From Alkalispirochaeta sp. (GTDB lineage: Bacteria > Spirochaetota > Spirochaetia > DSM-27196 > Alkalispirochaetaceae): DNA of 64,000 nt. Below, piece by piece: positions 30,258-40,928 of the stretch. The notes beneath the pieces were generated by a model. It was not told the DNA's origin. It did not search any database and worked only from the letters and a program-made list of their open reading frames with translations. The stretch spans positions 288,001 to 352,000 of the forward strand of contig CBDESZ010000018.1 of NCBI GenBank assembly GCA_965242725.1. The letters are read 5' to 3'. How positions within the stretch are numbered: the first letter of the stretch is position 1; the number at the start of each line of letters is the position of its first letter. A program made the position numbers and the translations under genes.

Positions 30258-32087
30258 TTAACTGTCAAGATAATCTTTCAGACGACGGCTGCGCTTCGGA
30301 TGGCGTAAACGTCGTAGTGCCTTGGCTTCTATTTGCCTGATACGTTCCCTCGTTACGTTGAAATAGAGACCAACCTCCTCCAGAGTCAAGGAGTATCCGT
30401 CTTCCAGTCCAAATCGCATCTTGAGAACTTCCTGTTCCCGCGGGGGAAGTGTATCAAGTACGCCCCGCAACTGCTCCTGAAGGAGTGTGAATGCGGTCTG
30501 ATGCGCCGGATTTTCCACTTCCTTGTCTTCAATGAAGTCGCCCAGCAGGGAGTCTTCCTCTTCACCGATGGGCGTCTCAAGGGAGATCGGTTCACGGGCA
30601 ACGTTCTTCACCGACTTTACGCGCGCCACGTTCCATCCGAGCCGTTCCGCAACCTCTTCATCCGACGGCTCCCTTCCGAGAACCTGCATAAGCTGACGAC
30701 TTTCGCGAACCACCTTGTTGATCTGTTCAATCATATGGACGGGAACGCGTATCGTCCGGGCCTGATCGGAGATCGACCGTGTTATCGCCTGGCGGATCCA
30801 CCACGTGGCGTAGGTTGAAAACTTATATCCCTTACGATATTCGAACTTCTCAACCGCCTTGATGAGCCCGATATTTCCTTCCTGGACGAGATCAAAGAAA
30901 TGCAGTCCCCGGTTCGTATATTTTTTTGCGATGCTTACCACGAGCCGGAGGTTTGCCTGAATCAGCTTGTCTTTCGCGGTCTGCATCATCACCCGACCGC
31001 GTTCAATCTCCTTGGACATCTCAAGAATGTCATCGGTTGTGTTTTCAAAGCGATACTCCAGCTCCCGCAGTTTCTTTTCCGCGACCTGAATGTGCCGTAT
31101 CTTTTCTTTGATCTGGTCCGACGACAACCCGAGATTTTCTTCAATCTCTTCGCGCTTTCTGGCGATGGCGAGTCCCCGCCCGAGAGATCTCAGTTCCCTG
31201 AGGTTTGTCACCTGCAGCCGTTTCTCAACGCGATGCTGGTCTTCCCGATACCGATGAATCTGCCGAGCCGCACGGGAAAAACCGTCACTGAACTTCAGAA
31301 TTTCGTCCTGATGAATTTCGACCTCTTCAAGTGACGTCAAAAGCCGTCGCTTCCGCTTGGCGAGTCCTTCGTCGGCAAGGATGTCTATTCCCTTGTCGTA
31401 GGTTTTTCGCTTGAGTTCGATGTATTCCCTCAGGTCGGGCAGAAGTTCTTTCAGTGAATCGCGGTAAAAATGGTTCAGTCGTCTCCGCTCCGCGAGGTAC
31501 TCAGAAATTTCCTTTTTGGAAAGACCAAGTTCCCGGGGATCCTCTTTTCGAAACGTACGTTCCGCAAGATCGAAGAACTCGGGAATGACCATACCGCTCC
31601 CGCGAATGACTCCCTTGATGATATATTCACCCTGCTCCATCCGCTTGGAGAGCTCTACTTCCTGCTCCGCCGTCAGGAGGTTTTCCTTTCCAATCTCCCT
31701 GAGGTAGAGCCGGATGGGATCGTCTACGGCCGCGTCCTTGTCACCGACGATGACGCGCTTTGTTCTCTCCGCGAGGCGTCGCGCCTCCTCTTCTTTGGAG
31801 ATACTGTCACCTTCATCGGCTTCTTCTTCGTCACCGTCATCGCCGTCGTCGTCAAGTTCGTCGTCGGATTCATCCTTTTCGGCGTCGGCCTCTTCGGACT
31901 CGTCTTCGGTACTTTCCTCGATTACGACATTATGTTTTGCCAGCAAACCCAGAACTTCCTCGATCTTGTCGGAGTTCACGATGGAATCGGGTAGAAAGTC
32001 ATGGACTTCATCGTAACTGATCGAGGTTTTGGATTTTGCGTAATCTATTAAGCGTGCTATTGCAGGATCATTCTGCAACTCGGTCAT
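30258..32087 (-). CDS. rpoD: RNA polymerase primary sigma factor
   Basis: [50 protein letters not shown]. Confidence 0.98.
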   Translation of the reverse strand: MTELQNDPAIARLIDYAKSKTSISYDEVHDFLPDSIVNSDKIEEVLGLLAKHNVVIEESTEDESEEADAEKDESDDELDDDGDDGDEEEADEGDSISKEEEARRLAERTKRVIVGDKDAAVDDPIRLYLREIGKENLLTAEQEVELSKRMEQGEYIIKGVIRGSGMVIPEFFDLAERTFRKEDPRELGLSKKEISEYLAERRRLNHFYRDSLKELLPDLREYIELKRKTYDKGIDILADEGLAKRKRRLLTSLEEVEIHQDEILKFSDGFSRAARQIHRYREDQHRVEKRLQVTNLRELRSLGRGLAIARKREEIEENLGLSSDQIKEKIRHIQVAEKKLRELEYRFENTTDDILEMSKEIERGRVMMQTAKDKLIQANLRLVVSIAKKYTNRGLHFFDLVQEGNIGLIKAVEKFEYRKGYKFSTYATWWIRQAITRSISDQARTIRVPVHMIEQINKVVRESRQLMQVLGREPSDEEVAERLGWNVARVKSVKNVAREPISLETPIGEEEDSLLGDFIEDKEVENPAHQTAFTLLQEQLRGVLDTLPPREQEVLKMRFGLEDGYSLTLEEVGLYFNVTRERIRQIEAKALRRLRHPKRSRRLKDYLDS

Positions 32088-33846
32088 CTGCCCTCACCTT
32101 CAATTTTGCCAGCTCCTGGTCTATCGCCATTTTCTGCTCGAGCACCTGTCGTATTCGTTGTGGATCCGTTCCGTCGAGGGACTTCAGGGATCGCTCCAGC
32201 TCCCGTTGCTGCTCCTGAAGCTTCCGTATCCGAATATTTCCGACGGCACGGTCGATATCCTGCTTGGTCCATCCGGAAAACTCGCCGGATGTCAGTCTCT
32301 CCAGAACAATGTCTCTCGTCTCTTCATCGGTAATTCTGTCTACTACCCCACGGGGCAGTTTTTCGTCGTGACGAAATGCATCCTCCATCGCGTAGTAAAG
32401 TTTGCGCGCAACGACATCCTCAAAGTCTTCCGCCGTCACCCGTTGCCGCAGATATGCAAATAGCTCGCCATCGTGCGCGGTGGCGAGCATTAAGGAGACA
32501 TCACGGCTCGTCGTTGTATGTTTTTGTCGTTGTGCAGGTTTTGCAATTGTCTGCGGTTGTTCTCCTTTACGCCAACGTTCAAAATCGCCTGTCACTGCTT
32601 GAACCGTCGCGTGTAACAGGTCACCAACACGCTCGAGCAACGCCTCCCGGCGGACTTCAGAGCTCACTATACTAATATAGGGAAAAAGTTTACGCAACAG
32701 CAACTCTTTACTTCGTGAATCTCTTCTATCAAGATTTTCCGACGATTTCTGTACGAGATAGTCGAAGACGGGCACCGCATTTTCGACAATGGTGCGCACC
32801 GCATCGGCCCCTTCTTCAACATAGAGATCCGCCGGATCCTTCCCCCGCGGAACGGGGACGGCGTAGCAGTTCATTCCCGCCTTTTCCGCACGAATGGCCG
32901 ACCGAAAGGTTGCCTCCACGCCGGCGCTGTCGGCATCAAAAAGCAGGACGATGTCGTCCACCCACCGTTTGAGGAGACGCCCCTGTTCCTCCGTAAAAGC
33001 CGTACCCAGAGGGGCTACACTGTTGGACAGTCCGCTTTCATGGAGGGCAATCACGTCGAAATATCCCTCCGAGAGTATAACCTTCCGTTGCCGGCGGATT
33101 TGCTCCATTCCCTCATAGAGGCCGTACAGCGTCGACTTCTTGTTGTAAATTGGGGTTTCAGGGCTGTTTATGTATTTTGCCCGAACATCGGGTGACAACG
33201 CCCGTCCTCCAAACGCAACCACGCGGCCCCGTTCATTTCTTATCGGAAAGATGAGTCGATTGCGAAAGAGGGAGTATCCATCTCCCCTGGAGGAGAACAA
33301 ACCGCAATCGGCGAGGAAATCCGGAGAGTACGATTTTGACCGGAGAAAACGGTAGAGCCACCTGCCGTCGTCGACGGCGTAACCTATGTCATAGTGATCC
33401 ATGCCATTTTCACTCATGCCGCGCTCCCGCGCGTATTGAAGGGCGAACGCTCCCCGTTCATCCTGGGTGAGAAGATAGCGAAAGGTCTTCGTAACGCGCT
33501 CATAGAGATCGTAGAGGGCGTTCTTTTTACGGTCACGCTCATCATCCTGGGGGTTGAACTCGAGGGATATTCCGGCAATATCCGCGAGATAGGAGACCGC
33601 TTCAGGAAATGTGAGCCCCTCCATTTCCTGAATAAACCGGAAAATATCGCCCCCCTTCTGGGTTGCAAAACAATAGTAAAAGCCGTCGTCGGGTTTGACC
33701 GTAAATGACGGGGTTTTTTCCGACTTGAAGGGGCTCAATCCCCAATAGCGGTCGCCCCGTTGCGTGAGCGTCGTATACCGTCCGATCACTTCCACGAGGT
33801 CGGTACGGTCGCGAATCTTTTGCAGGACCTGGCGATCTACTTTCAT
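32068..33846 (-). CDS. dnaG: DNA primase
   Basis: [36 protein letters not shown]. Confidence 0.96.
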   Translation of the reverse strand: MKVDRQVLQKIRDRTDLVEVIGRYTTLTQRGDRYWGLSPFKSEKTPSFTVKPDDGFYYCFATQKGGDIFRFIQEMEGLTFPEAVSYLADIAGISLEFNPQDDERDRKKNALYDLYERVTKTFRYLLTQDERGAFALQYARERGMSENGMDHYDIGYAVDDGRWLYRFLRSKSYSPDFLADCGLFSSRGDGYSLFRNRLIFPIRNERGRVVAFGGRALSPDVRAKYINSPETPIYNKKSTLYGLYEGMEQIRRQRKVILSEGYFDVIALHESGLSNSVAPLGTAFTEEQGRLLKRWVDDIVLLFDADSAGVEATFRSAIRAEKAGMNCYAVPVPRGKDPADLYVEEGADAVRTIVENAVPVFDYLVQKSSENLDRRDSRSKELLLRKLFPYISIVSSEVRREALLERVGDLLHATVQAVTGDFERWRKGEQPQTIAKPAQRQKHTTTSRDVSLMLATAHDGELFAYLRQRVTAEDFEDVVARKLYYAMEDAFRHDEKLPRGVVDRITDEETRDIVLERLTSGEFSGWTKQDIDRAVGNIRIRKLQEQQRELERSLKSLDGTDPQRIRQVLEQKMAIDQELAKLKVRADDRVAE

Positions 33847-33848
33847 GC

Positions 33849-36800
33849 CTATCTCTGAAGGATGAAATCGACGCGGCGGTTTTTCCAGCGCATCTCTTCA
33901 TCACCATGGTCGACGATCGGGACCGTCCCTCCCCGGCCTCGGGCCGTGAGAAGCGCCGCAGGAATGCCGCGTTGGATCAACGCCTGTCTGACCGCCTCTG
34001 CCCTCCTTCTGGAGAGGGGCTCAAGCTCTTCTCGCTCTTCACGTTCCGTACCGGAAATATTGACTGCATGCCCTTCCACGATGATCGAGTACTCGGGATA
34101 CCGCTTCAGTATTTCAACCAACCTTGTAATCACCGCATCATTCCGGCGTCCCTCGGCGCTTTCACCGGCAAGTATCAGTTCAGATGAATCGGGAGGAAAG
34201 GTAATACTCGGCAGCTGTATGCGGTACCCGCCGTTGTAACGTTCCACGAGCACATCAACGGCAAGGGCTCCCTCCCGGATCGCAACATTACCCAGTGTGT
34301 CGGCCACTTCCAGCCGCCATGGATACTCTTCGGCGGAGATGACCCGTTCGCCGTTGCGGGCTACGCCATCCCACCGTATCACGCCCGGAGGAGGTCCGTT
34401 TCCGCCGACGTCGTAAAAGAACGCACCCCGTGAGTCATACACTTCGAGGTACCAGTACTGCAGTTCCGATTCGTCCACCGCACCGAGTACAAAGGAGACA
34501 ACGTCATCCTCACCGTCACCGTCGGGACTGAAGGGCTGCGGCGTTACTTCCACATCGACAACCGGGGCCGACGAGTCGACGACAAATCTCGGCGATTCCC
34601 GGACAAGTGACGGGCCGTGACGATATACGGCCTCGAATCGGGTAAAATAGACGCCGTCTTCCGTTGTGGCCACATCCGGTGCCTCCGGAAATGATATGGA
34701 ACGGGGAGGACGCTCCTGTGTGCCCGATTGACGATAGACAGTCTCACCCGTCGCCGCGGCCACGATCGAGACGGTCCATTGTTGCAAACCCTCGTGATCG
34801 CTCACGACGGGGGTGATTTCGACGGCAGCTATCTCTCCCTCTCCGCCGGGGTTAATCGCCCCTTTGTCGACACGGACGAAGGCGCTGACCGGCCGCGTAT
34901 CGATTGTGAAGGGCTCACTCATGACTTCCCGCCCGTTCCCAGCCGGGTCACTCAATTCAGCGACGAGGCGGTACTGTCCGTCAGGGAGAATCTCTCCCGC
35001 TCCCGTTACCGGAGACCAGGTATTTTCTCCTCGTGAAGCCGTCGACGTTCTCAAATCTCTGATCCGCCGTCCTTCGGCATCAAGCCACACCACGCTCAAC
35101 GTTGACGAGACAACATCCCGTGGATTTTCGATGTCCAGGCGAAAATGGAGCTCATCCTGCACTCCGTCGCCATCGGGAGAAACGACGGTCGGTTCTTTGA
35201 GGGTGAGTGACCCTTCGGGCGGGCGGGTATCTATGGTAACCGCTTCACCTGTGGAGCGTATCGACTCGAGGCCGGGTACTCGTACTTCAACAACGGGGCG
35301 GTATCGTCCGTCAGGTGCAACAAGTCCCCGTTCGTTCCTTCCATCCCACACAATCCGCTCCGGCATCGGTAATTCCCCGCGAAATCGTCGAACCGCCTCA
35401 CCGGTCTCGTCGTTGACGGTCAGGGAAAATTCTCCCGTCGGGTCCGCCGGCCCCTCCAGCGCGAAGACGACGTCGTCGTGTATTCCGTCGCCGTTGGGAC
35501 TGATGACCCGTCGGCCCGCAAAGACTCCCGCCCCTCCGAGGCGTTCCAGAAGAACTACTTCCCGCGTCTGGGTGCGTGTACGGTTTCCCGCGTCATCCAG
35601 CACCTCCGCCCAGAGACGATACATTCCGGGTCCAAGAAGGTCTCCGTTTCGAGCGGTCATATACCAGGTGAACTGTTCCGGCAGGCGCGGTTCCGTCGCC
35701 ACTGGAAATACCTCGCCGCCGCCGTCGGAGCGGACCTGCTCCGCGTATATTTCCGTACGCGACACTGAGGGGTCTCCTTCAAAATAGACAGTAACCTCCC
35801 GCCCGCGTTCGGGGCGCACCGTTTGCGTGGAAAGGGCAATCTCCGCCGCCGGCGCAACACGATCGACGGTAATTGTCCGTCGCGGAGCTTCCGCTGCCGT
35901 CCCGTTTTCATAGACGCTTTCGCCGTACACGGTATAACGACCGTCCAGGGGCAGCTCCGCCGCCCCTACGACCAGTTCTTCCGGCGGCAGGTCGATTCCC
36001 GACCAGAATGCCGTCGTTTCAGCGGTACCTTCATGGCGAAGGAGAATGCTCCATTCCCGCAGTCCTTCAATCGGCGACAACCGCGTTCTGATAGTCGTCG
36101 TATCTCTCCTGCCGTCTCCATCGGGCGCCACAACGTCGTCGGTCACACCGACAACGAACTCGGGAACTTCGCTCTGCATGACGATGGGCGCACTTTTCAC
36201 CGTCGACGTGTTGCCTATGAAATCATTTGCCCGTACAACGACCCGATAGGCCCCCTCCGAGATCCGCGGTCCCGCCAGTGTGCGGCCGTTCCACGTGACC
36301 GAACCCTCCACATGGCCCTGTTCATCGGCGATCGACCCGATTTCTACGTCCAGAGGAAAGAGCTGCCGCCCTGCTTCATCCTCGAGATATGCCGACACGC
36401 GTTCCGCGTCGCGAAAAGAAAAATCAAGTTTGAATCGCTGATTCATGCGGAGGATCATATCCTCCGTACCGTTCCCTTCCCCTTGAGTCACCGTTCCGTC
36501 TTTTTCAACACTCTGACGACGAATCACGATGTCAGGGCTTGTCGTATCGACGAGAACATCGATATGGCGGGGCAATGCGGCGTTTTCCGCGCCGTCCGTC
36601 CCCGTAACCTCCAGGCGGTAAAAGCCGTCCTGTTCGGCGGCATCGATATTCCACAGGATTGAACCGTCAAGCGTCGTTGTCGTAAGCGGAGAGGTGAGGC
36701 GTTCGGTAATGGTCCCGGTGGGCACCGCTCCGTCCCGGGGTGTTATATCCCATGTCCGCACGGGCCGACCGTCCGGATCGATGATCGTTGCCGACAATAC

Positions 36801-37871
36801 ACCCACTTCCCTGTCATCTTCCAGAGAAACGGTCACGTACAACTCGCGAAAATCCGCTACCGGCCCGAGGAGTACGGTCTGATCCGCTTCATTACTTCCC
36901 CGTGAAGGTGAAATGACGGTGAGGCCGATTTCAGGAATGGTATTGTCCGTCCCCGCCAGGTGCGTACGAAAGCCTCCAAGCAGGGAAATATTTCCGTTCC
37001 GATCGGGTTGCGCGCCGACATGTACCCCCGTCGTTGATGTATCGCCGCTTCCCAGAGGAATGGAGAGTGCCGCGCTCATTCCAGGCCACACACCGTCGCT
37101 GCCGCTTCCGAGGGTATGTCGCCAGCCGACTACACCCTGAATGCCCGTTGAGAAGCGTATAATTCCGTTCCCGGTGAGGGTTATGCCCTGAAACGAGTCA
37201 AAATCGACGGACCCGCCCAGGTCGACCGAAACATCTTCATTTCTGAGAGCGGTGTACGCAATACCCCCATACGGCGTAAACGCCGGAAAGACGGGAGCGG
37301 ATGATACATCTGATTTCACCGCCTTGCCCACGTTTCTGATACCGCCGTGGAAAACAAGACGAGAAAACTCGGACGGCCCGCGCCAGGACGCCCCGAGATT
37401 GAGTCCTCCTCCGACGTCGCTCCTTCCGGGCCCTCCGGCGGCCTGAGCTGTTATCGATACGCCGCCGGTGAGGCGGTAGCCGAGCGGACGGGCGACGGCG
37501 ATGTCACCGCGCCACAACGTAGCTGAACCGTCGCGGTAAAACCCGGTGACACCACCGAGGACGCCGTGAACCGTCGGGTATAGAAATCCGATACTTCCGC
37601 CGCCACCGGCGCCGCCCAGGGAAATACCGCCGCTGCCGGCTATCGTTATCTCCTCGGCACTACCGACACCGTGGGGAGTAAAAAAAACCGATAACGGATC
37701 ATTGGCGAGCATTCTGCCGGGTGCCGTTACCGTCCCCAGCAGCTCGGACCGCCAGAAGGTGTGCACCGATGCCGTCGGAGAATCCTCTTCAAGCGCCCAT
37801 CCCCCGGCGGAAAGGAGAAGAAAAAAACCTGCAATACATATTCGATTGAGTGAACTACGTTTTCTGAGCAT
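33849..37871 (-). CDS. Large exported protein: N-terminal beta-rich region, FlgD/Ig-like repeats, C-terminal OmpA-like domain
   Basis: Signal peptide; repeated (S/A)P(N/D)GDG and W(D/N)G motifs; OmpA motifs VEGHA..LSRRRAEAVRQAL..KNRRVDF; start uncertain (37871 or 37907). Confidence 0.8.
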   Translation of the reverse strand: MLRKRSSLNRICIAGFFLLLSAGGWALEEDSPTASVHTFWRSELLGTVTAPGRMLANDPLSVFFTPHGVGSAEEITIAGSGGISLGGAGGGGSIGFLYPTVHGVLGGVTGFYRDGSATLWRGDIAVARPLGYRLTGGVSITAQAAGGPGRSDVGGGLNLGASWRGPSEFSRLVFHGGIRNVGKAVKSDVSSAPVFPAFTPYGGIAYTALRNEDVSVDLGGSVDFDSFQGITLTGNGIIRFSTGIQGVVGWRHTLGSGSDGVWPGMSAALSIPLGSGDTSTTGVHVGAQPDRNGNISLLGGFRTHLAGTDNTIPEIGLTVISPSRGSNEADQTVLLGPVADFRELYVTVSLEDDREVGVLSATIIDPDGRPVRTWDITPRDGAVPTGTITERLTSPLTTTTLDGSILWNIDAAEQDGFYRLEVTGTDGAENAALPRHIDVLVDTTSPDIVIRRQSVEKDGTVTQGEGNGTEDMILRMNQRFKLDFSFRDAERVSAYLEDEAGRQLFPLDVEIGSIADEQGHVEGSVTWNGRTLAGPRISEGAYRVVVRANDFIGNTSTVKSAPIVMQSEVPEFVVGVTDDVVAPDGDGRRDTTTIRTRLSPIEGLREWSILLRHEGTAETTAFWSGIDLPPEELVVGAAELPLDGRYTVYGESVYENGTAAEAPRRTITVDRVAPAAEIALSTQTVRPERGREVTVYFEGDPSVSRTEIYAEQVRSDGGGEVFPVATEPRLPEQFTWYMTARNGDLLGPGMYRLWAEVLDDAGNRTRTQTREVVLLERLGGAGVFAGRRVISPNGDGIHDDVVFALEGPADPTGEFSLTVNDETGEAVRRFRGELPMPERIVWDGRNERGLVAPDGRYRPVVEVRVPGLESIRSTGEAVTIDTRPPEGSLTLKEPTVVSPDGDGVQDELHFRLDIENPRDVVSSTLSVVWLDAEGRRIRDLRTSTASRGENTWSPVTGAGEILPDGQYRLVAELSDPAGNGREVMSEPFTIDTRPVSAFVRVDKGAINPGGEGEIAAVEITPVVSDHEGLQQWTVSIVAAATGETVYRQSGTQERPPRSISFPEAPDVATTEDGVYFTRFEAVYRHGPSLVRESPRFVVDSSAPVVDVEVTPQPFSPDGDGEDDVVSFVLGAVDESELQYWYLEVYDSRGAFFYDVGGNGPPPGVIRWDGVARNGERVISAEEYPWRLEVADTLGNVAIREGALAVDVLVERYNGGYRIQLPSITFPPDSSELILAGESAEGRRNDAVITRLVEILKRYPEYSIIVEGHAVNISGTEREEREELEPLSRRRAEAVRQALIQRGIPAALLTARGRGGTVPIVDHGDEEMRWKNRRVDFILQR

Positions 37872-38052
37872 CACGCACCTGACGAATAACCCGCTCCATT
37901 TCTTCAATGGAATACCGATTGTAGAGATCAGCTTCCAACCGACGCTTCAGCGAGTCCAATACCGCGTCCAGACTCAACTCCCGCGCGGATAAAAAAATAT
38001 ACAGTTTCTCCCGTTCTTCCGGGAGTATCACAAATGGTCGGTCTTCAGACAT
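37855..38052 (-). CDS. Small hypothetical protein
   Basis: 65 aa, overlapping both neighbours on the same strand. Confidence 0.55.
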   Translation of the reverse strand: MSEDRPFVILPEEREKLYIFLSARELSLDAVLDSLKRRLEADLYNRYSIEEMERVIRQVRDAQKT

Positions 38053-38989
38053 CTACGGTCATCCCCTCCGTCGCCAGCGAGACATCCAGATCGCTTCCGC
38101 CGATGCGGGCGGCGTACCAGCGGGCGGCCTGCAGATTGTTATGGAGCTTTCTGTCGGAATACATAGGTTCATGGTGAAACATGAACATCTTTTTTACACT
38201 CCATTCAACCGCAAAATCCACGGCAAGACTGAATGAAGAGTGTCCCCAATCCGGTTTTTCGATCGCCTCATCGAGGGTGTATTGGGTATCAATGATCATT
38301 GCATCGAGTTCATTGAAAAAGAATTCATTTTCACGGGTGCGATGAAAATCACTTTCCCGCAGGCCGACATCTGTGACATACCCGAATGAACGGCCCTCTT
38401 CCTCTACACGGTATCCAAAAGCGCGACCGGGATGATTCAACTCCCGCCAGAGGATACGCCGTCCATAAAGATCGATACCGTTTCCGGGCAAACGATGGAA
38501 ATGCATGTTCTCCGACATGGTACCTTCCATTGTAATGGGAAAGAAGGGATGTCGCATTTGAGAGGAGAGCGTTTCACGCAGTCCGTCAAGGGGACTGTAA
38601 AAATGCATCTTTACGGCGGGATCATAGGCGAGCGGGAAAAAAGGAAGTCCCTGGACGTGGTCGTAGTGAAAATGGGTAAAGAAGATATGAACTTCCCGGG
38701 GCGGAGGATCCTTTCGCGCAAGCGCCGCGCCGAGTCCTATGATACCCGTACCGGCATCGAAAATGATCGACGTTCCGTTTGAAAATGTGAGTTCTATACA
38801 CGCCGTGTTTCCTCCGGTGGTCCCGAATAACCATGGCGGCAACGACGCAAGAAAGCGCTCCCTGGAATCCGCACTCACCAGATCGCTCGGTCTCACCCTC
38901 TGGACGACGGAAGCGATCTTACGACGAACCGACTCCGGCGACAGCGGCGTCGGTACCGACCCTCGAGCACCCCATACGGTAAATCGCAC
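38045..38989 (-). CDS. Metallo-beta-lactamase-fold hydrolase (RNase Z/phosphodiesterase-like)
   Basis: WGARGS, GGNTAC, DAGTG, HFHYDH (HxHxDH), WGHS, FHHEP. Confidence 0.88.
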   Translation of the reverse strand: MRFTVWGARGSVPTPLSPESVRRKIASVVQRVRPSDLVSADSRERFLASLPPWLFGTTGGNTACIELTFSNGTSIIFDAGTGIIGLGAALARKDPPPREVHIFFTHFHYDHVQGLPFFPLAYDPAVKMHFYSPLDGLRETLSSQMRHPFFPITMEGTMSENMHFHRLPGNGIDLYGRRILWRELNHPGRAFGYRVEEEGRSFGYVTDVGLRESDFHRTRENEFFFNELDAMIIDTQYTLDEAIEKPDWGHSSFSLAVDFAVEWSVKKMFMFHHEPMYSDRKLHNNLQAARWYAARIGGSDLDVSLATEGMTVDV

Positions 38990-39432
38990 TAATTTCTCCT
39001 CAAAGGCTGGTTACGAACCCGTGCTGCCACCTTATTGCGAATTTCGTAAAAGGAGTGAAGCTTTCCGATACCGATTCCGGGACATTCCTTTGCCTCCCGC
39101 TGCCATGACGCTTCGTCTTCCAGCACGTGGCTCCAGAATGGATACGTTCTGCACTGCTCCGGTCTGTGGGCATAGACGGAACATCCGCCGTCCTTCCAGA
39201 AGATACAGTCTTTGTTTGATTTTTCACGCAGGGAAAGCTGTCTGCCCATACCGGTATTGACATCTCTGCAATACATGGCGATGACCTGTTCCTCGGGAAT
39301 CTCGAGTCCCTCTGAAAGTCTGCTCAAATCCTGTTGCGAAATGAAGACATACCCGCTGTCGTGGCGACAACAGCGGGAGCATTGTGTACATGAGAATCGA
39401 AGTCCCTGGTCGTAAAACGTTTCGCCTGCCAT
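38989..39432 (-). CDS. YkgJ-family cysteine cluster protein
   Basis: CTQCSRCC, CIF, CSVYAHRPEQCRTYPFW, CPG. Confidence 0.88.
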   Translation of the reverse strand: MAGETFYDQGLRFSCTQCSRCCRHDSGYVFISQQDLSRLSEGLEIPEEQVIAMYCRDVNTGMGRQLSLREKSNKDCIFWKDGGCSVYAHRPEQCRTYPFWSHVLEDEASWQREAKECPGIGIGKLHSFYEIRNKVAARVRNQPLRRN

Positions 39433-39456
39433 GGCCCCAATGATACCACAAGAGGT

Positions 39457-39492
39457 AAAAAAAAATCCTTCACCGGGAAGCCGATGAAGGAT
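39457..39492 (-). terminator. Intrinsic terminator after the tRNA pair
   Basis: Minus strand ATCCTTCATCGG-CTTC-CCGGTGAAGGAT followed by a T-run. Confidence 0.85.
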
Positions 39493-39494
39493 AT

Positions 39495-39576
39495 TGGGGA
39501 GTGTAGGATTCGAACCTACGAAGGCTTAGCCAACAGATTTACAGTCTGCCCCGTTTGACCGCTCCGGAAACTCCCC
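39495..39576 (-). tRNA. tRNA-Tyr(GTA)
   Basis: GGGGAGT..anticodon loop CTGTAAA, long variable arm, GGTTCGAATCC; no encoded CCA. Confidence 0.95.
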
Positions 39577-39623
39577 AAATCGTTGGCGACGCTACCACGC
39601 GATTGTGAAGCGTGTCAAGCCAC

Positions 39624-39697
39624 AGCCGTCTGTCGGATTCGAACCGACGACCCCGAGATTACAAGTCACGTGCTCTGGCCAGCTGAGCTAAGACGGC
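39624..39697 (-). tRNA. tRNA-Thr(TGT)
   Basis: GCCGTCT TAGCTCAG..loop CTTGTAA..GGTTCGAATCC AGACGGC; no encoded CCA. Confidence 0.94.
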
Positions 39698-39735
39698 ATA
39701 ACCGGGCGTACTTTGCCCGGAAGTCGCAGGAAATG

Positions 39736-40560
39736 TCAATGCGCTATGAACCCAAAGGGCAGTTCCTGTGGAATCTCGTTCACTGCGATACCTCCCATTT
39801 GAAGCACCCGCGTCTCATTCGCCGTCAGCAGGAGGGAAAGTTCAAAATGGGCACTCACCGACCCGTCGATAAGTCTATACCCCCACCCGTCTTCATGAAG
39901 CGATACGTCGGGGGCACCGATTGAATAGACCGGCTCGATATTTATGATCATTCCCGGTCTGAGGCGCACATGCTGAGCCGACGGGTCTCCCGTGGCGCGC
40001 CGGAAGGGGATGATCGGCGGCTCATGTAGGTCTCTTCCGATACCGTGGCCGACAAACTCGGGTATTGCCGAGATATCCTCGGCATCCGCCGCGGCGGCCG
40101 CAATTTCCCCGATATGTCGCACAGTCATCCCCGACTTGATATGGATCACGGTGTGTCGAAACGCCCGCCACGCGCTGTGCAGAAAGTGCTCGTTCCGGCG
40201 GGAAACGCCGGGTGTGAGAAAGGTCCACGCCGCGTCCCCCACAAATCCGTCATAGCGGGCGGCGATGTCCACGGTGATGAGATCACCTCTGTTCACCGTC
40301 GCTGTACCGGGCACACCGTGGACGGCGACATCGTTCACGGAGACGCTAACCACCGACGGATACCCGCGATAGGCTTCCATGGCGCTGGTGAAACCGTATC
40401 GCGTAAACCGTCTTCGTACATAACCTTCAAGGCGGGATGTCGATTCTCCTATGAGCCGCTCCCCTTCGATATCTTTCAGTATCTGAAAGAGTCGTGTAGA
40501 AACGAGCTGCATCTTCCGCCGCTCAAGGGTGTTGTGAATGCGTATGGCCCGTCCCGTCAT
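39736..40560 (-). CDS. map: Type I methionyl aminopeptidase (divergent)
   Basis: VAVHGVP, TVDI, VGD, GHGIG..LHE, IEP, HFE; metal ligands intact. Confidence 0.85.
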   Translation of the reverse strand: MTGRAIRIHNTLERRKMQLVSTRLFQILKDIEGERLIGESTSRLEGYVRRRFTRYGFTSAMEAYRGYPSVVSVSVNDVAVHGVPGTATVNRGDLITVDIAARYDGFVGDAAWTFLTPGVSRRNEHFLHSAWRAFRHTVIHIKSGMTVRHIGEIAAAAADAEDISAIPEFVGHGIGRDLHEPPIIPFRRATGDPSAQHVRLRPGMIINIEPVYSIGAPDVSLHEDGWGYRLIDGSVSAHFELSLLLTANETRVLQMGGIAVNEIPQELPFGFIAH

Positions 40561-40901
40561 ACCGGCCCGAGGAATACGAGAAGACCGCTGCTCCCGACGG
40601 TAATACCGAGGATAATGACGCCGCCGAGGAGCAACAGCACGATCACACCGAGAGAACTGAGATTGCGAAACACAATGAGCTGGATGAGCTCAAGGATCAG
40701 GGCGATGACCGTTCCGACAAAGGCAATACCTCCCGCCGTCTGCATCATCATCAACAGCTGGGATTGGGTGCGATCGGTAAAATTCTGAAAGTTACCGACG
40801 CCGTAAAAGAGGGTTACGACGATTGTAATTGCGCACACCACGATCAGGGCGCGCTCGTAGAGTCGCATGGTTCTGAACAAAACGTTTTCTTGATCTTGCA
40901 T
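40557..40901 (-). CDS. Hypothetical membrane protein
   Basis: Three TM segments, GNFQNFTDRTQ loop; coupled to map. Confidence 0.6.
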   Translation of the reverse strand: MQDQENVLFRTMRLYERALIVVCAITIVVTLFYGVGNFQNFTDRTQSQLLMMMQTAGGIAFVGTVIALILELIQLIVFRNLSSLGVIVLLLLGGVIILGITVGSSGLLVFLGPV

Positions 40902-40928
40902 TAGTGATTTCGTAGTATCCAAGTATAC

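Noticed and set aside
39495..39697. tRNA pair as an integration site; U-U mismatch in the tRNA-Thr anticodon stem
   Set aside because: No integrase or duplicated tRNA 3' end seen, and flanks are core genes; a single stem mismatch is tolerated
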